Shown one piece after another: positions 41,052 to 52,584 of a DNA stretch of 64,000 nt. Made by a program: the position numbers and the translations under genes. Origin of the DNA: Candidatus Latescibacterota bacterium (GTDB lineage Bacteria > Latescibacterota > UBA2968); NCBI GenBank assembly GCA_965198115.1, contig OZ240241.1:1312001-1376000 (forward strand). The letters are read 5' to 3'. Positions within the stretch are counted from its first letter, which is position 1. Each line of letters starts with the position of its first letter. Under the pieces are notes generated by a model. That model was not told the DNA's origin. It did no database searches and saw nothing but the letters and a program-made list of their open reading frames with translations.

Positions 41052-42212
41052 CTATCGTTCGCGGATGATCTCCAGTATCTCGTCAGTATGCTCCCCCAAC
41101 TTGGGGGCGGCACGTGAAACCTTTCCTGGCGTTCCAGAAAGCCTGGGAACAGGAGTGGGTAAAGAGCAGGATCCGACATCGTCGTCCGCCAACGCCGTGA
41201 ACAGCCCTCTCCCCTCCGCATACGGATGTCCCACGAGGTCGCCTGCCGAAAGCACGGGGGCAATCGTCACACCCGCCTCTTCCATCGTCGCGAGGTTTTC
41301 GTCAAGCGTTCGAGCACCTAAGTATCTTGACAGAATCTCGTTCAGCGCGTCACAGTTTCGTAATCTGTCTTCGTTCGTCAAGAATCTTGCGTCTTCAATC
41401 AGGTCCGGTCGGCCGATCGTCTTCGCCAGCCGCTCGAACATCGACTGCACGGAGGCGGAGAGTGCCACGTACTTGCCATCCGCACTTACGTAGACATTGC
41501 GTGGCGCCGTGATGACAGCTTGATTGCCCATCCGTGTGCTCGAGCGACCGGTCGCTTCGAATTTCACTGCTTCTGACGCAAGCGTCGAGTAAATGCTTTC
41601 GAACAAGGCAACATCGACAACCTGACCTGTTCCGTCACCGTGCTCGATATTCCGCAACGCCGCAAGCACGCCAAAGGCGCCGTAGATACCGGCATACATA
41701 TCCGCCATCGCCATCGGAGGCAAAACCGGTTCCCGGTCGGGGAATCCGTTTAAATTCGCAAACCCCGACATCGCCTCGACCAGCGTCCCGAATCCGGGTT
41801 TGTGAGCGTACGGACCCGTCTGCCCCCAGCCGCTGACACGAGCGATGATCAGCCGCGGATTGATCTCGTGCAGGACGTCCACACCCAGCCCCATCTCCTC
41901 GAGCTTGCCGGGCACGAAGTTCTCCACGAACACATCGCTCACGGCCACCAGCCCCTTCAAATTCTTGATCGACGCCGCATCTTTCAGGTCTAACACCAGG
42001 CTCCTCTTGCCCCGCCCGTAGACCTTCCACCACGTCTCCACGCCGTCATCCGTCCAGTGGCGCAGATCGTCCCCTCGCCCCGGCCGCTCGATTTTGATCA
42101 CATCCGCTCCAAAATCGGCCAGCACGACCGTCAGCACGTTCCCCGCAACCAGACGGGATAGATCGAGGACGCGAATATCGTCAAGAGGCTTCCTGTTGCT
42201 GTCTTCTGCCAT
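41052..42212 (-). CDS. CaiB/BaiF class III CoA-transferase
   Basis: IRVLDLSR, LADFGADVIKIE, ENFVPG, SGWGQTGP and APKLGEHT motifs. Confidence 0.92.
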   Translation of the reverse strand: MAEDSNRKPLDDIRVLDLSRLVAGNVLTVVLADFGADVIKIERPGRGDDLRHWTDDGVETWWKVYGRGKRSLVLDLKDAASIKNLKGLVAVSDVFVENFVPGKLEEMGLGVDVLHEINPRLIIARVSGWGQTGPYAHKPGFGTLVEAMSGFANLNGFPDREPVLPPMAMADMYAGIYGAFGVLAALRNIEHGDGTGQVVDVALFESIYSTLASEAVKFEATGRSSTRMGNQAVITAPRNVYVSADGKYVALSASVQSMFERLAKTIGRPDLIEDARFLTNEDRLRNCDALNEILSRYLGARTLDENLATMEEAGVTIAPVLSAGDLVGHPYAEGRGLFTALADDDVGSCSLPTPVPRLSGTPGKVSRAAPKLGEHTDEILEIIRER

Positions 42213-42429
42213 CCGTCCCCTGTCATCTACAAACTGAAGAAACAGTTCGCGGCCGGGAGGTCGCTCCCACCGGTTGGGGTATCTTCGTGTCTTCGTGTTT
42301 CGTTTTTCAGTTCTTGATGTACAACTGCTCGTGGAAAACGGGCCTACTCCATCCCCGATAGGCGCTCGCCGTGGTACTCTCTTTGGGAACGTTCCCGAGT
42401 CGTGTGTTCGATCCCCAAACGTTGTAGGC

Positions 42430-43177
42430 ATGGGTGATACTTCGCGAAATAGTGCTTCGGCAGGGCCGCAGGATACCCCATCGCAAGCGTTTTCAGAATC
42501 TGCCCCAGCGGCCTATCGTGCCGAAAGCGAATCGTATACGCGTCCACCTGCTCCATTCGGATAGGTTTGCCATCGACCAGCCACTGGTTAGGGAAGAGCG
42601 GTGAGCTACGCGCATCCGCATCGAGCGTCATATCCCGATACCAGAAGAGGATGTCATCCGTCGTGAACGGTACGCCGTCCGACCACTTCACGCCTTTCCG
42701 GATTCGAACGATCGCCGTCCTGCCCCCGTCCTGGAATTCGTAGCTCTCGGCCAGATTGAGCAGCACGCGGCGCGGAAGCGGCTGCTCGAAGCCCATAATG
42801 TTCTCACCGATCGTCTTGCTCACGCCCGGCGTCTGAACGACATCGCCCGTTAGGGCTCTGCGGATTGTTCCGCCATACCGGCCGATTTCGTCCATCGGTA
42901 CGACAACGAGCGGTTCTTCGGGGAGTCTCTGGCTTACGGCAGGGAGCTCACCAGCGCGCACTCTCACGGCAAGCACTGGCGCCTCCCTGAACGACCTGTT
43001 CGCGAGGATGGAAGGATCGAGCTGTAGGGGAGCCTTCGTCTTCCGTAAAACGTGGGAAGCTGTTGTAACCGTGCGTTCATCACTCTCGGTCACAGGATCG
43101 GATGTCAGACACGCCGAAAGACACAGCAAGAGCAGGAAGCAAGTCCTTTCAGGCCTTGGCGGTATCCTTACCCACAT
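42430..43177 (-). pseudogene. Family-5 ABC transporter substrate-binding lipoprotein, 3'-truncated
   Basis: Lipobox LSAC, GELPAVSQRLP, IGRYGGT, NLAES, KWSDGVPFTTDD. It ends at PKHYFAKYHP, roughly one third of the expected length. Confidence 0.8.
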
Positions 43178-43305
43178 CAGGATGCGGCGTGAAATCACGT
43201 GGAGATATCTGGCCTGAAACGTTTGGCTATCCAAGCGACGCGTCTCCTCGAATGTTTCCGGGGTTCCTGACGCCTGAACCCTAAACACTGACAACTTCCT
43301 TCCCG

Positions 43306-44104
43306 TCAGCCGAACCGCCCCGTGTTCTCCTCATCGTAGTACTTATTGATGCCCGGCACATCGCGCATCCCGTGCCAGACGCCCCTGAAGAGCGACTGAC
43401 GCAACGGCGGCATCGCGTCGATCACAGCCTGCGGTGGACAGGCCTTTCCCCACTTCGCAGTCACCGTGTTGTAGCAAGTGAATAAGCAGAGCCGATCGCG
43501 CTCTTCGTTAACCCATTGCGTCCCGGTATGGCACAACGCTTCGGTGAACACGACGGCCGACCCGGCCGGACACGTATACGTTTCCCACAGGTCGCTCTCA
43601 CGACCCGACAAAGACTCTGGACGCGGAAACGCCGCTTTGTGACTACCTGACAGGAACATCGTCACGCCATCCCCTTCTTCAACCTCGTTCAACTCCCAGA
43701 CAACGCGCGTGAGACCCGAATGCACCTGCTCGGGCAACATCTGGTACTTGTGTGAGTTGCCGCCGAAGTTGAAGAAGCCACCCCCACCGTGTGGATTGAA
43801 GTTGTCGTGTCCTGCCGGCCGATGGCTCGTGTAGGTGTGATCGAACCGAAAACCGTAGCACTCCTCAGTCGCCAGAGGTTGATGGGAGAGGATCTCGTTC
43901 AAAGACCCCGGCGACGACCGGATGGTCGAGCAAAACTTGGGAGGGCCCGCCGTGATTGTCCTGTTCCTCGAGGGGTAGCGTGTCCCGATCGTTCAGAAAC
44001 GCCATCTGGTGCTCACGGATCGGCCCGAGCTGCTCTTCGCTGAGCAAACTGGGCAACGCAATCCATCCTTTCAGATCGAACTGATACTTCTGCTCGTCCG
44101 TCAT
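43306..44104 (-). pseudogene. Phytanoyl-CoA dioxygenase (PhyH) family protein with a +1 frameshift at ~43901
   Basis: KYQFDLKG, LLDHP, GSHK, AGSAVVFTEALCH. Removing one T joins the two ORFs. Confidence 0.8.
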
Positions 44105-44191
44105 CGGGATGATCGGCAGTCCGTCTGAGTTCTTGTTGGGTAATATCTTACCTCAAATGTGTTCAGAGATGTCCGGCTCGTAGGATCACAG

Positions 44192-45565
44192 GAGCTATAA
44201 TCAAAAGGTGTGGAAAAAGAGAAAGGGCGACCCTACCCTTCCCGTGAGATAGTTGATTCACACAAAACCGGGTGAGAGGCCCGGTTGGGAAGGAGGATCG
44301 CCGTGAAGGAACATACGCATAGAACCCCATTGAAGTCCATGCCGACGTGGGAGACGGTTGACGATTGGATCCGTGAAGAGATCCAGGGCCGGTTCCAGTC
44401 CATTCTGGAGGAGGAGGCGACCGCGTTCTTGGGCCGGTCGTGGTATGAGCGCCGAGCCGAGGTCGATAGCTCCAGGGGCTACAGGAACGGCTACGGCAAG
44501 CCCCGGCGTCTCTCGACGAGCTGCGGAACGATCAAGGTCCGGCGTCCCCGGGTTCGTGGTCTGGAAGAGCGGTTTGAAAGCCGCATCCTCCCCCTGTTCG
44601 CCCGGAGAACCAGGGCCATTGGAGATCTGCTTCCCGACCTTTATCTCCACGGTCTCTCCCAGGGCGACTTCGAGTTGTCTTTGCGTGCGCTGCTCGGTGA
44701 TGGCGCGCCGCTTTCGCCGACCTCGATCGCTCGTCTTCGAGGGAAGTGGGAGGTCGACTTCCAGGACTGGAAAGAAAGGCGTCTGGATAATCGCGAACTG
44801 GTCTACGCCTGGGCTGATGGCATCTACGTCAAAGCCGGGCTCGAGCGCGAGAAGGCGTGTCTGCTGGTCGTGATCGGCGCGATGAGCGACGGCAGCAAGG
44901 AAATCCTGGCGATAGAACCCGGTTATCGAGAGTCTACAGAATCCTGGCTCACGGTGCTCCGGGATCTCCGGGATCGCGGGCTCGAACATCCTGTCCTGAT
45001 CGCCGCGGACGGGAATATGGGCATCTGGGCGGCCGTTGATCAGGTCTGGCCAGAGAGCCGGCAACAACGGTGCTGGAACCACAAGATCCTCAACGTGCTC
45101 GACAAGGTCGCCAAGCGTGCACAGGCTGAAGCCCGCGCACTGCTCGTCCAGATCCCCTATGCCGGCACGAAAAAGGAGGCCGAGAAGCTCCGGAAACGCT
45201 TTGCCGCACGGTATCGCTCACAGTTCCCTGCCGCCGTGGAGACGCTCGAAAGAGACTGGGATCGGATGGTCACGTTCTACGACTTCCCGAAGGAACACTG
45301 GAAACACCTGAGAACCACGAACGTCGTCGAGAGCCCCTTTGCTTCCGTTCGGCTTCGCACAAACGCCGCCAGGCGATTCAAGAAAGTCAGGAACGCCACG
45401 ACTCTCATCTGGCGTACGCTCAAGGTCGCAGAGAGCCGATTCAGGAAACTCACCGCGCCACACTTGCTACAACAAGTCTACGATCAGAAACACTCAACCG
45501 AACCGCAGGTCGAAGCCGGGAAGATGGCCGCCTGATTTCTTTTACACACCTATTGACCTGAACTC
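44192..45565 (+). mobile_element. IS256-family element, type B copy 2 (1374 bp)
   Basis: Near-identical to 16591..17964 in inverted orientation. 8-bp duplication GATCACAG at 44184-44191 and 45566-45573. Confidence 0.93.
44303..45535 (+). CDS. IS256-family transposase
   Basis: Same protein as 16621..17853 except A/T near the N-terminus. AGGAGG RBS. Confidence 0.93.
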   Translation: MKEHTHRTPLKSMPTWETVDDWIREEIQGRFQSILEEEATAFLGRSWYERRAEVDSSRGYRNGYGKPRRLSTSCGTIKVRRPRVRGLEERFESRILPLFARRTRAIGDLLPDLYLHGLSQGDFELSLRALLGDGAPLSPTSIARLRGKWEVDFQDWKERRLDNRELVYAWADGIYVKAGLEREKACLLVVIGAMSDGSKEILAIEPGYRESTESWLTVLRDLRDRGLEHPVLIAADGNMGIWAAVDQVWPESRQQRCWNHKILNVLDKVAKRAQAEARALLVQIPYAGTKKEAEKLRKRFAARYRSQFPAAVETLERDWDRMVTFYDFPKEHWKHLRTTNVVESPFASVRLRTNAARRFKKVRNATTLIWRTLKVAESRFRKLTAPHLLQQVYDQKHSTEPQVEAGKMAA

Positions 45566-45663
45566 GATCACAGCATGCTGTGACCCTACCCTTCTCTAAT
45601 GCGTGGGTATCATTCGATGTGATTGTTTCCTGAACACCGAACTCTGAATTCTAAGCACTTGCT

Positions 45664-46427
45664 TCATCCCGCAGTGACCGATAGTCCGCCATCAACCATC
45701 AGCGCCTGTCCCGTGATGTTCGAAGCATCCTCGCTGGCCAGAAAATAGACCGCTGACGCAAGCTGATGCGGTTCGGCGGGCTTTCCCAGCAGCCCGTAGC
45801 CCTCGTTTCTCGCCCTCAGCTCCTCCGGCGACACACCACGTTTCACCGCGTTCCGTTCGTGGAAATCCGTCATCGTGTAGCCAGGACATACCGCGTTGAC
45901 ACGTATCCCGTCTACGCCGTGTGCGACCGCCAGACTCTGTGCGAACGACACGACGCCAGCTTTGGTGGCATCGTAGAGCGGCATACCCGCCCGCCCCACC
46001 TTCGCGTTGGCCGACGAAATGATGACAATCGAGCCGGACTGCTGTTCGATCATCGCAGGCAGGACGGCTTTGCAACAGTACGCCACACCTTTGAGGTTCA
46101 CGTTGACGATTCCCAATCTTCATCGGTCGCGTCCAGGATGCTGCCGCGCACTCGAGCCCCTGCGTTCGCCACGAGCACGTCGATGCGGCCCCACATCTCA
46201 TTGGCCTTTCCTGCCCAGGCCACGACATCGGACTCATCTGCGACGTTTCCCGAAAGGAACAGAACGTCTCCTCCCTCCACCCTGAGCAATTCGCACGTCT
46301 CCTCCCCATCCTCGACGGACATATCCCCGATCAGCACGCGATACCCTTCCTTCACGAACCGACGCGCACAAGCCTTCCCGATTCCCGCACCCCCACCTGT
46401 AATAAGCGCGACTGGGCCATCCGTCAT
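45664..46427 (-). pseudogene. SDR oxidoreductase with a frameshift at ~46110
   Basis: ITGGGAGIG, ANAG, YDATK, IRVNAVCPG and TGQALMVDGG motifs spread over two frames. Confidence 0.85.
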
Positions 46428-46514
46428 CCGACTCTCTCCTGCCTCCCGAACTTTGCCTGCCCTGAGTAGCGGCCACGGGCCGCGTATCGAAGGGAACACC
46501 GAACACTGCTCTTC

Positions 46515-47849
46515 CTACAGCCACTCCCCGTCGTGCCACAGATACGCTCGGCCTCGGTTGTTCCCGAACGTGCCATCTCTGTCTTTCGTCAGGCTTCCAC
46601 CTTGCCATCCGAAGAAGGTCAGATAGCCGTTCAGCGGCTCACCGGACGACCGCATCACGAGCTTCGGGTTGTTACAGATCATTCCTTCACCCGGGACAAG
46701 CGATTCCGCATAAGACCAGGATGACCCGTCGTCCGTCGATGCCCAGACCTCCAAGGTGCCGCCACCATAGGGCAGACTACTACCGTCGTGGTCGCCCGTC
46801 GCGACGATGGCGGTCACTTCGCCCGCCTTCCCGCGAATCAGCAGGTTACCATCCCACGTACTGTTGAGCGGCGCCACCGACGTAGTCACCCACTCATCGT
46901 TGACACGTCGGACGTACTCGTGGTGTCCCCTCCACGGACCTTCGTTTCCAGACGCAGGCAGAAGGAAACAGGGATTGCCCACGTCGTCATTCGCCATCGC
47001 CGGCGGATTCGTCATTCGCCAACCTGTATCGACGATCTTGAGCCGTTCCGCGGCGCTCCGGTTGACTGGCAGGTGGAGGAACTCGCCCTCGAACGATCTG
47101 AGTCCGCCGGAATCGAAATCAAGATGGGCGTAGTGAAGGTGATGACGTCCGTTGGTATGAATCACCTGATTGTAGAGTGGATTGATCGCGTGCTTCGAGT
47201 GTTTCCGGACGCCCACCTGCTCGTCTAAGTAAACGAACCCGATGTGGAGTCCCGTCCCATCCGCGTCCAACTCAGCACTCTCGTAGCTACCTGCCCAGAG
47301 GTCTTTGTTGCTTTGGGGATTCTGATCGAAGTCGATCAGTGGTTTCGAATCTATCCACGTAAAGCCGCCATCTTCCGTCAGTCGAAAGGTCCAATAGCCC
47401 ATATGGCCGAACGTGCGTGAGTACATCAAGTGCCTGCCGTCCTTCAATGCGTAGACCCGGGGATAGCTGATCGATGGCGCAACCTCGGGAGCCTCTTTCC
47501 ACCGATCGATCGTTTCTGGTTTTTCAGATACGATGTGCGTGCTCGTCCTTCCGTGGCAGTTGTAGAGCACGTGGAGGTATGCCTCAGCGTCGAACCACAG
47601 AACAGGCGCGAAGTGATGGTCGTAGTGGGAGACTCGACCGATCTGGTGGGAATCAGACCACGTCCTCGATGCGATGTCATAGGACCGAATGTGTGGATGG
47701 CCTTCGGGCCCTTCCTTGCCTCCGTGATAGACGCAGTAGATGACGCCTTCGTGTTCGACTGCCTGGGGTCCCATTCGAACATCGTAGATCATCTTCTCGC
47801 AACCGTAGTCGGCGTAGGGCACAGCGGTTTTAACCTCAGTCTGACTCAT
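46515..47849 (-). CDS. BNR-repeat (BNR_4-like) beta-propeller protein
   Basis: DHHFAPVL...LHVLYNCH, ISYP, and Asp-box motifs TEDGGFTW and STDDGSSW. Confidence 0.75.
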   Translation of the reverse strand: MSQTEVKTAVPYADYGCEKMIYDVRMGPQAVEHEGVIYCVYHGGKEGPEGHPHIRSYDIASRTWSDSHQIGRVSHYDHHFAPVLWFDAEAYLHVLYNCHGRTSTHIVSEKPETIDRWKEAPEVAPSISYPRVYALKDGRHLMYSRTFGHMGYWTFRLTEDGGFTWIDSKPLIDFDQNPQSNKDLWAGSYESAELDADGTGLHIGFVYLDEQVGVRKHSKHAINPLYNQVIHTNGRHHLHYAHLDFDSGGLRSFEGEFLHLPVNRSAAERLKIVDTGWRMTNPPAMANDDVGNPCFLLPASGNEGPWRGHHEYVRRVNDEWVTTSVAPLNSTWDGNLLIRGKAGEVTAIVATGDHDGSSLPYGGGTLEVWASTDDGSSWSYAESLVPGEGMICNNPKLVMRSSGEPLNGYLTFFGWQGGSLTKDRDGTFGNNRGRAYLWHDGEWL

Positions 47850-48014
47850 TCCAGACCCTCATAGGCTGATGACCAACCCATTGGCGAATCTCGTTCCCGG
47901 ATCGTATGCTGGCTGTTCAAGAAACAACCCGATTCCCATCCCGTCGAGTCCGGAATCGGACGCACCCGGTGGATTCGGAGCTCGAGCTCGTGTTCAAACA
48001 GGAAAGGAAGCGCT

Positions 48015-48803
48015 ATGCTGCCGAACACTTTCCACATCGGGGCCGCGAAGTGTGCATCGACGTGGCTCTACCACGCCTGTCTGGAGCACCCCGACATCTA
48101 CAGCCCACCCGACAACGACAACTTGAACTTCTTCCTCGTTCACTATCACCGCGGTCTGGATTGGTACGAGTCCCATTACTTTGGCAACTGGGCGGAGGAA
48201 CAAGCGGTCATAGACTTCAGCAACTCCTACATGCTCTCCGACATCGCCCTCGGTCGAATCGCGCGGGATGTCCCCGACGCCCGCTTTTCGTGCATTGTCA
48301 GAAATCCGATCGACCGTGCCTATCTGCATTGGGCGCATTCATTCTACAAGAGCTCACGTCCTCCGGCGGATCCTGCCACGGACAGCGGAAACCCCCTGGA
48401 CGCGGCTGTCGACCGGCCTTCGGGGCGAATCTTTGCCATACCGCTCGAAGTCGTTCGTCATCCAAATGGTTGGGTCTGGAGTCGCCTGTGGCTGGAACCC
48501 GGTCTCTACGCGGCCGCCATCAAGCGAGTGCACGCACGCTTCCCAGCTGAATCCCTCCGTGTCTTCCTCTACGACGATCTCGTGGACAGCCCCGATGACT
48601 TCATCTCCTCCTACTTCGGCTTCCTCGAAATCGATGTCGCGTTCAAACCCTCTTGCCTGAACAAGAACATCAATCCCGACACCGAGGAAACAGACCCCGA
48701 TAACTTGAGCGCAGACCTACGGGAAGAGTTGAAATCCTTCTTTCGAAACGACATCGAAGAACTCCAGCAGATCCTGAACCGCGATCTGTCGACCTGGCTG
48801 TAG
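48015..48803 (+). CDS. Sulfotransferase
   Basis: PNTFHIGAAKCASTWL (5'-PSB) and VRNPIDRAY (3'-PB) motifs. Confidence 0.88.
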   Translation: MLPNTFHIGAAKCASTWLYHACLEHPDIYSPPDNDNLNFFLVHYHRGLDWYESHYFGNWAEEQAVIDFSNSYMLSDIALGRIARDVPDARFSCIVRNPIDRAYLHWAHSFYKSSRPPADPATDSGNPLDAAVDRPSGRIFAIPLEVVRHPNGWVWSRLWLEPGLYAAAIKRVHARFPAESLRVFLYDDLVDSPDDFISSYFGFLEIDVAFKPSCLNKNINPDTEETDPDNLSADLREELKSFFRNDIEELQQILNRDLSTWL

Positions 48804-48939
48804 TCAGAGGTCGCTTCACAACGTGCGTGCTACCGATCCTCTGACCTCCGACTCCTTGTCTTGACCGGCGTCCCAACGACAAACGTCGCGATCACCATTT
48901 GGAGACCGCGACGTTGCCGTGATTGACGTGGTGATGGAC

Positions 48940-49785
48940 TCAGGCTTTGACCTGGGCAGAACCGACGATCGTGTGGTCGGAAGTCTCCGTTCCTTCGTTG
49001 TCGCGAAATCCGGAGACGATGATGTTGGTCTTCCGCTCCTGGATGTTTTCCATGTCGATCCAGTGGGGATCGTCCTCTGCGCGCCCGATCGGCTGTAGAG
49101 CCGTGCTGTGGTAACCGAATCGAACCGACTTCCGCCACACGTCCGTCCTGTTGCAATCGGACCAGTGAATCGTTTGGTAGCTGAAGAAAATCACATCTCC
49201 CACCTTTGCAGGGATCTCGACGGACTCCAGTTTGTCCGGGTGATACTTTTCGGGCGGCAGATGCGGGGCCGTGTCGGCACCGAGGTTGTGAACGAGGGGG
49301 CCGAGCTTGTGACTTCCAGGTACGACGCGAAGACAGCCGCTTTCCGGCGGCGTGTCGTCGAGGTGAAGGAGGCAATCCACGAAGTCGGGTCCGTCGTGTG
49401 GATAGAACGGGAAGTCCTGGTGCATCGGAAAAGGCGTCCCCAGCTCGGGCGGCTTAGCGTGAAGAACCGTGTGATGCCACTGGATCGCACCGTCCACGAG
49501 ATCTTGCACGGCACCTGTCAGCCTTTCATGGAAGATCACGCGCCCCCACGCTGCCGAATAAAAGTGGGGATTGTGCATGAACACGGCTTTGGTGTTCAAC
49601 CGCTCCTCTTCGGGTAGGTAGCGGTCGCGCCAGTAGCCACGCCACCCGATCGTCTCCTGACCCCACTGTTCGATGACCCGAACCATGTCGGATGCGAGTT
49701 CCGAGGTCTCCGCCTCGGTGAACAGTCCGGACACCTTCACGTATCCGTCCTCGCGATAGACATCGATATCTCTTTGATCCAGCAC
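48940..49785 (-). CDS. Phytanoyl-CoA dioxygenase (PhyH) family protein
   Basis: YREDGY, HQD, GCLRVVPGSH, GDVIFF...IHWSDCN...R motifs. Confidence 0.88.
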   Translation of the reverse strand: MLDQRDIDVYREDGYVKVSGLFTEAETSELASDMVRVIEQWGQETIGWRGYWRDRYLPEEERLNTKAVFMHNPHFYSAAWGRVIFHERLTGAVQDLVDGAIQWHHTVLHAKPPELGTPFPMHQDFPFYPHDGPDFVDCLLHLDDTPPESGCLRVVPGSHKLGPLVHNLGADTAPHLPPEKYHPDKLESVEIPAKVGDVIFFSYQTIHWSDCNRTDVWRKSVRFGYHSTALQPIGRAEDDPHWIDMENIQERKTNIIVSGFRDNEGTETSDHTIVGSAQVKA

Positions 49786-49811
49786 GCTACACCTCCCGTT
49801 TCAACATGATC

Positions 49812-51192
49812 CTACTGTCGTTTGAAGACGAATCCGCCAAGAACGTAGCTAACCACCCTACCGCCTTCGGCAAAGGAGAAAATGGCTCGCTCTCCCGCTC
49901 CCCTTCCGCCCAGCACCCGCCACGCGTCATCACGATCGGTCGGGGCGAGTTCCGCGGGTGCGTGTAGAGAATAACCCGCGTGAGCAGGAACGACAAGCCG
50001 CAGGGCGCCGTCCTTGTAGACGATCTCGACATCGATCCCTGGCTCGGCCCTGTAAGTGCCTAGAAATCTTCTCAGTGCATCAGGCGTTTCCTGAGACACT
50101 TCGAGATTAAGCGCCACTGGTCTGTCCACACCCACCAGAAGTTCCATCACCTCTCCGGTGACTTCCGAACCAACCGGCGCGGGCCAGAGGTTCATGAACA
50201 TGACCAGGCCCACCCGCCTTGGTACGTTGAACCACACCTGGGTGGAAAACCCGTGGATGCCCCCGCCGTGCTGATGTAAGACGTGCTCGCCCATTCGAAC
50301 AGCCCTCCAACCAAGGCACTGACCCGATGACCAGTCGGGCGTCACATACTGTGGACGCTGGATCTCAGCAAGGGTTTTGCCCGACAGAACCTGGTCACCG
50401 CCCCGGGGACCCCCATCCAGGCGAAACTGAAATGCGGTCCACTTCGCAAGATCCGAGACGGTCGAATGCATCTGCCCGGCTGAGATAAGCCCGTTCAGGT
50501 GTGCATATGGAGCGACGGAAGGCCGATCTTCGAAGCGCGAGGGATTGTAACCTGTCAGAAAACGACGTCGAAGCACGTCATCCAGGTCGAACACCGTCGA
50601 CGAAAGTTCCAGGGGATCCAACAGGTTGTCCTGTATGTAGTCCGCGTATGGGACGCCGCTCACACGATGGATGACTTCACCGAGCAGGCCGTAGGCCAAG
50701 TTCGAGTACTTCCACTCGGAATCCTGTGGAATCACGATCTCCGTCTCGGGCAGGTGTTCGAGAATCTGCTCGATCGTTGGAAAGGCGAGAGCATCCCAGC
50801 TTGGAGTCGGTGGCTCGGTCATAAGCCCGGAGTGATGCGTCAAGAGCCGGCGGAGGGTGACATCTTCGACTCGGCCGGCACGACCACACCGCGCTCTCGA
50901 ACTCCGGAATGTGTGCAGTCAGTGGGTCGTTCAGACCGAGACGCCCCTCGTCCCGCAGCTGGAGGATCGCACTGGCCGTGAACGTCTTCGTCACAGACGC
51001 CACACGTGCAATAGAGTCGACGGTCGGCGCGTGCGTCTGATCCAGGTCGGCTCGACCGAATCCCTTGAACCACAGGAGACCCTCCTCGCCCACGATCCCG
51101 AGCGCGACGCCGGGTATGCTTCGCTCAGACAGTCGTGACATCACGATTTCTTCGATATGATCGGTCTGATCGTCTGTCAGCGCGTCGGTCAT
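49812..51192 (-). pseudogene. Serine hydrolase (beta-lactamase class C-like) with a frameshift at ~50885
   Basis: ASVTK (SxxK), LLTHHSGL, YSN and HGG motifs spread over two frames. Confidence 0.85.
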
Positions 51193-51510
51193 GTCTTCCT
51201 GTGTTTCCCCATTCGACTGAACAGCCTCTCTCGGCGGCAGATCACAGCAAGATCAAGTATGTTGCCTGGTCGAACCGAAATCAACGGTTGTGACGCCGGT
51301 CATTCATCGATGTAATCTGGATCGGATCAGTTATGGCCTTGGTGTGGATCTCGGCAGTCTGTATAATATTGAATTGCTCGGATATCACGCGTGGCTTGCA
51401 GAATGTTGGCGCGTGGATAAGCGCGATTCGTGGGCCCGGGAAACGGCATCGACCAAACGTGGTGCCTTTTTCCGCACGGGCTCGACAGACGGACTCTCGG
51501 AGGAGCGGGG

Positions 51511-51882
51511 ATGCCTCGCGTGTTGCTGGTAGAAGACGATGCGATGAATCGGGACATGCTCTCCCGTCGCCTTGCCCGTCGGAAATTTGAGGTAATCATG
51601 GCCGAAGACGGGGAAGAGGCGGTTAACCTGGCACGGCAGGAATCCCCCGATCTGATCCTCATGGACATCAGCTTACCTAAGATGGATGGTCTCGAGGCCA
51701 CGCGCATCCTGAAAGGCTCACCAGACACTGCCTCGGTACCCATCTTGGCCCTCACCGCACACGCCATGGCATCCGACCGCGACCGAGCGCTCGAAGCCGG
51801 TTGCGACGACTACGACACAAAGCCCATCGAACTGTCGCGACTCTTAGAGAAGATCGATGCGCTGTTGGGGAACGACACGTGA
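51511..51882 (+). CDS. Single-domain response regulator (DivK/CheY-like)
   Basis: LLVEDD, LILMDISLPKMDG, ALTAHA and KP motifs. GGAGG RBS. Confidence 0.92.
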   Translation: MPRVLLVEDDAMNRDMLSRRLARRKFEVIMAEDGEEAVNLARQESPDLILMDISLPKMDGLEATRILKGSPDTASVPILALTAHAMASDRDRALEAGCDDYDTKPIELSRLLEKIDALLGNDT

Positions 51883-52382
51883 GTGAACGATTGTCCGACG
51901 AAGACTTCGACAAGAAGCTCTCCGAAATCCGCCACTCGCTGAAGAATCCGCTGAACTCGATCCTCGGCTACGCGGAAATGTTGGCAGACGACGCACGCGA
52001 CGACGGCAACACGTCTCTCGCTGAAGACCTCGGCACGATCGCAAGTTCGGCGCGCCGGGCAGCCGATCTCATCGACGACCTGGTCAACCGGGAGCAGTTC
52101 GTCCCGGGTGTCCGGAAGGTCGCGGTTCCGACAGAGGGCGAGGCGACCGATACTGTGCCCCAGGACATCGACGTCACCGGCCTGACTGTTCCTGAAAAGA
52201 TTTACAATCGGCTGCGCTCGGCGTCTGACAACCACAGCATCACCGACATGCGCACCGTCCTCGAAGCACTCGGGGCCGAGAGCCCGGATTTCTCAGAACT
52301 CGTCAACCATCTCCGGGCGCTCAACCAACAATACGACATGGACGCAATCCTGCAAATCCTCGATCGCATTCACCACGAGTAA
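51879..52382 (+). CDS. HisKA (phosphoacceptor) domain protein lacking an ATPase domain
   Basis: H-box RHSLKNPLNSILGYAEML followed by a short helical C-terminus. No N/G1/F/G2 boxes. Confidence 0.75.
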   Translation: MSERLSDEDFDKKLSEIRHSLKNPLNSILGYAEMLADDARDDGNTSLAEDLGTIASSARRAADLIDDLVNREQFVPGVRKVAVPTEGEATDTVPQDIDVTGLTVPEKIYNRLRSASDNHSITDMRTVLEALGAESPDFSELVNHLRALNQQYDMDAILQILDRIHHE

Positions 52383-52584
52383 GGCAAACGGCAATAGACC
52401 CCACCGCCGGTTCAACTAATCCTTCGCTACGTTGTCCCCCTGAAGGCCGATGTGCCCATCTCTCGCCGGGCAGCACTTCCGACCTCGTCATCTGTGTGAC
52501 TGCCAAAGTCGCTGAGATCATTTCGATCTGCCGCGAGCAGTGGCGGTAAACCCGATCTCAAACGGCTATCCCCAGGAGGGCTGC

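Noticed and set aside
16591-45565. Inversion or composite element bounded by the inverted IS256-B copies
   Set aside because: Both copies keep matching target duplications, so no recombination between them has occurred.
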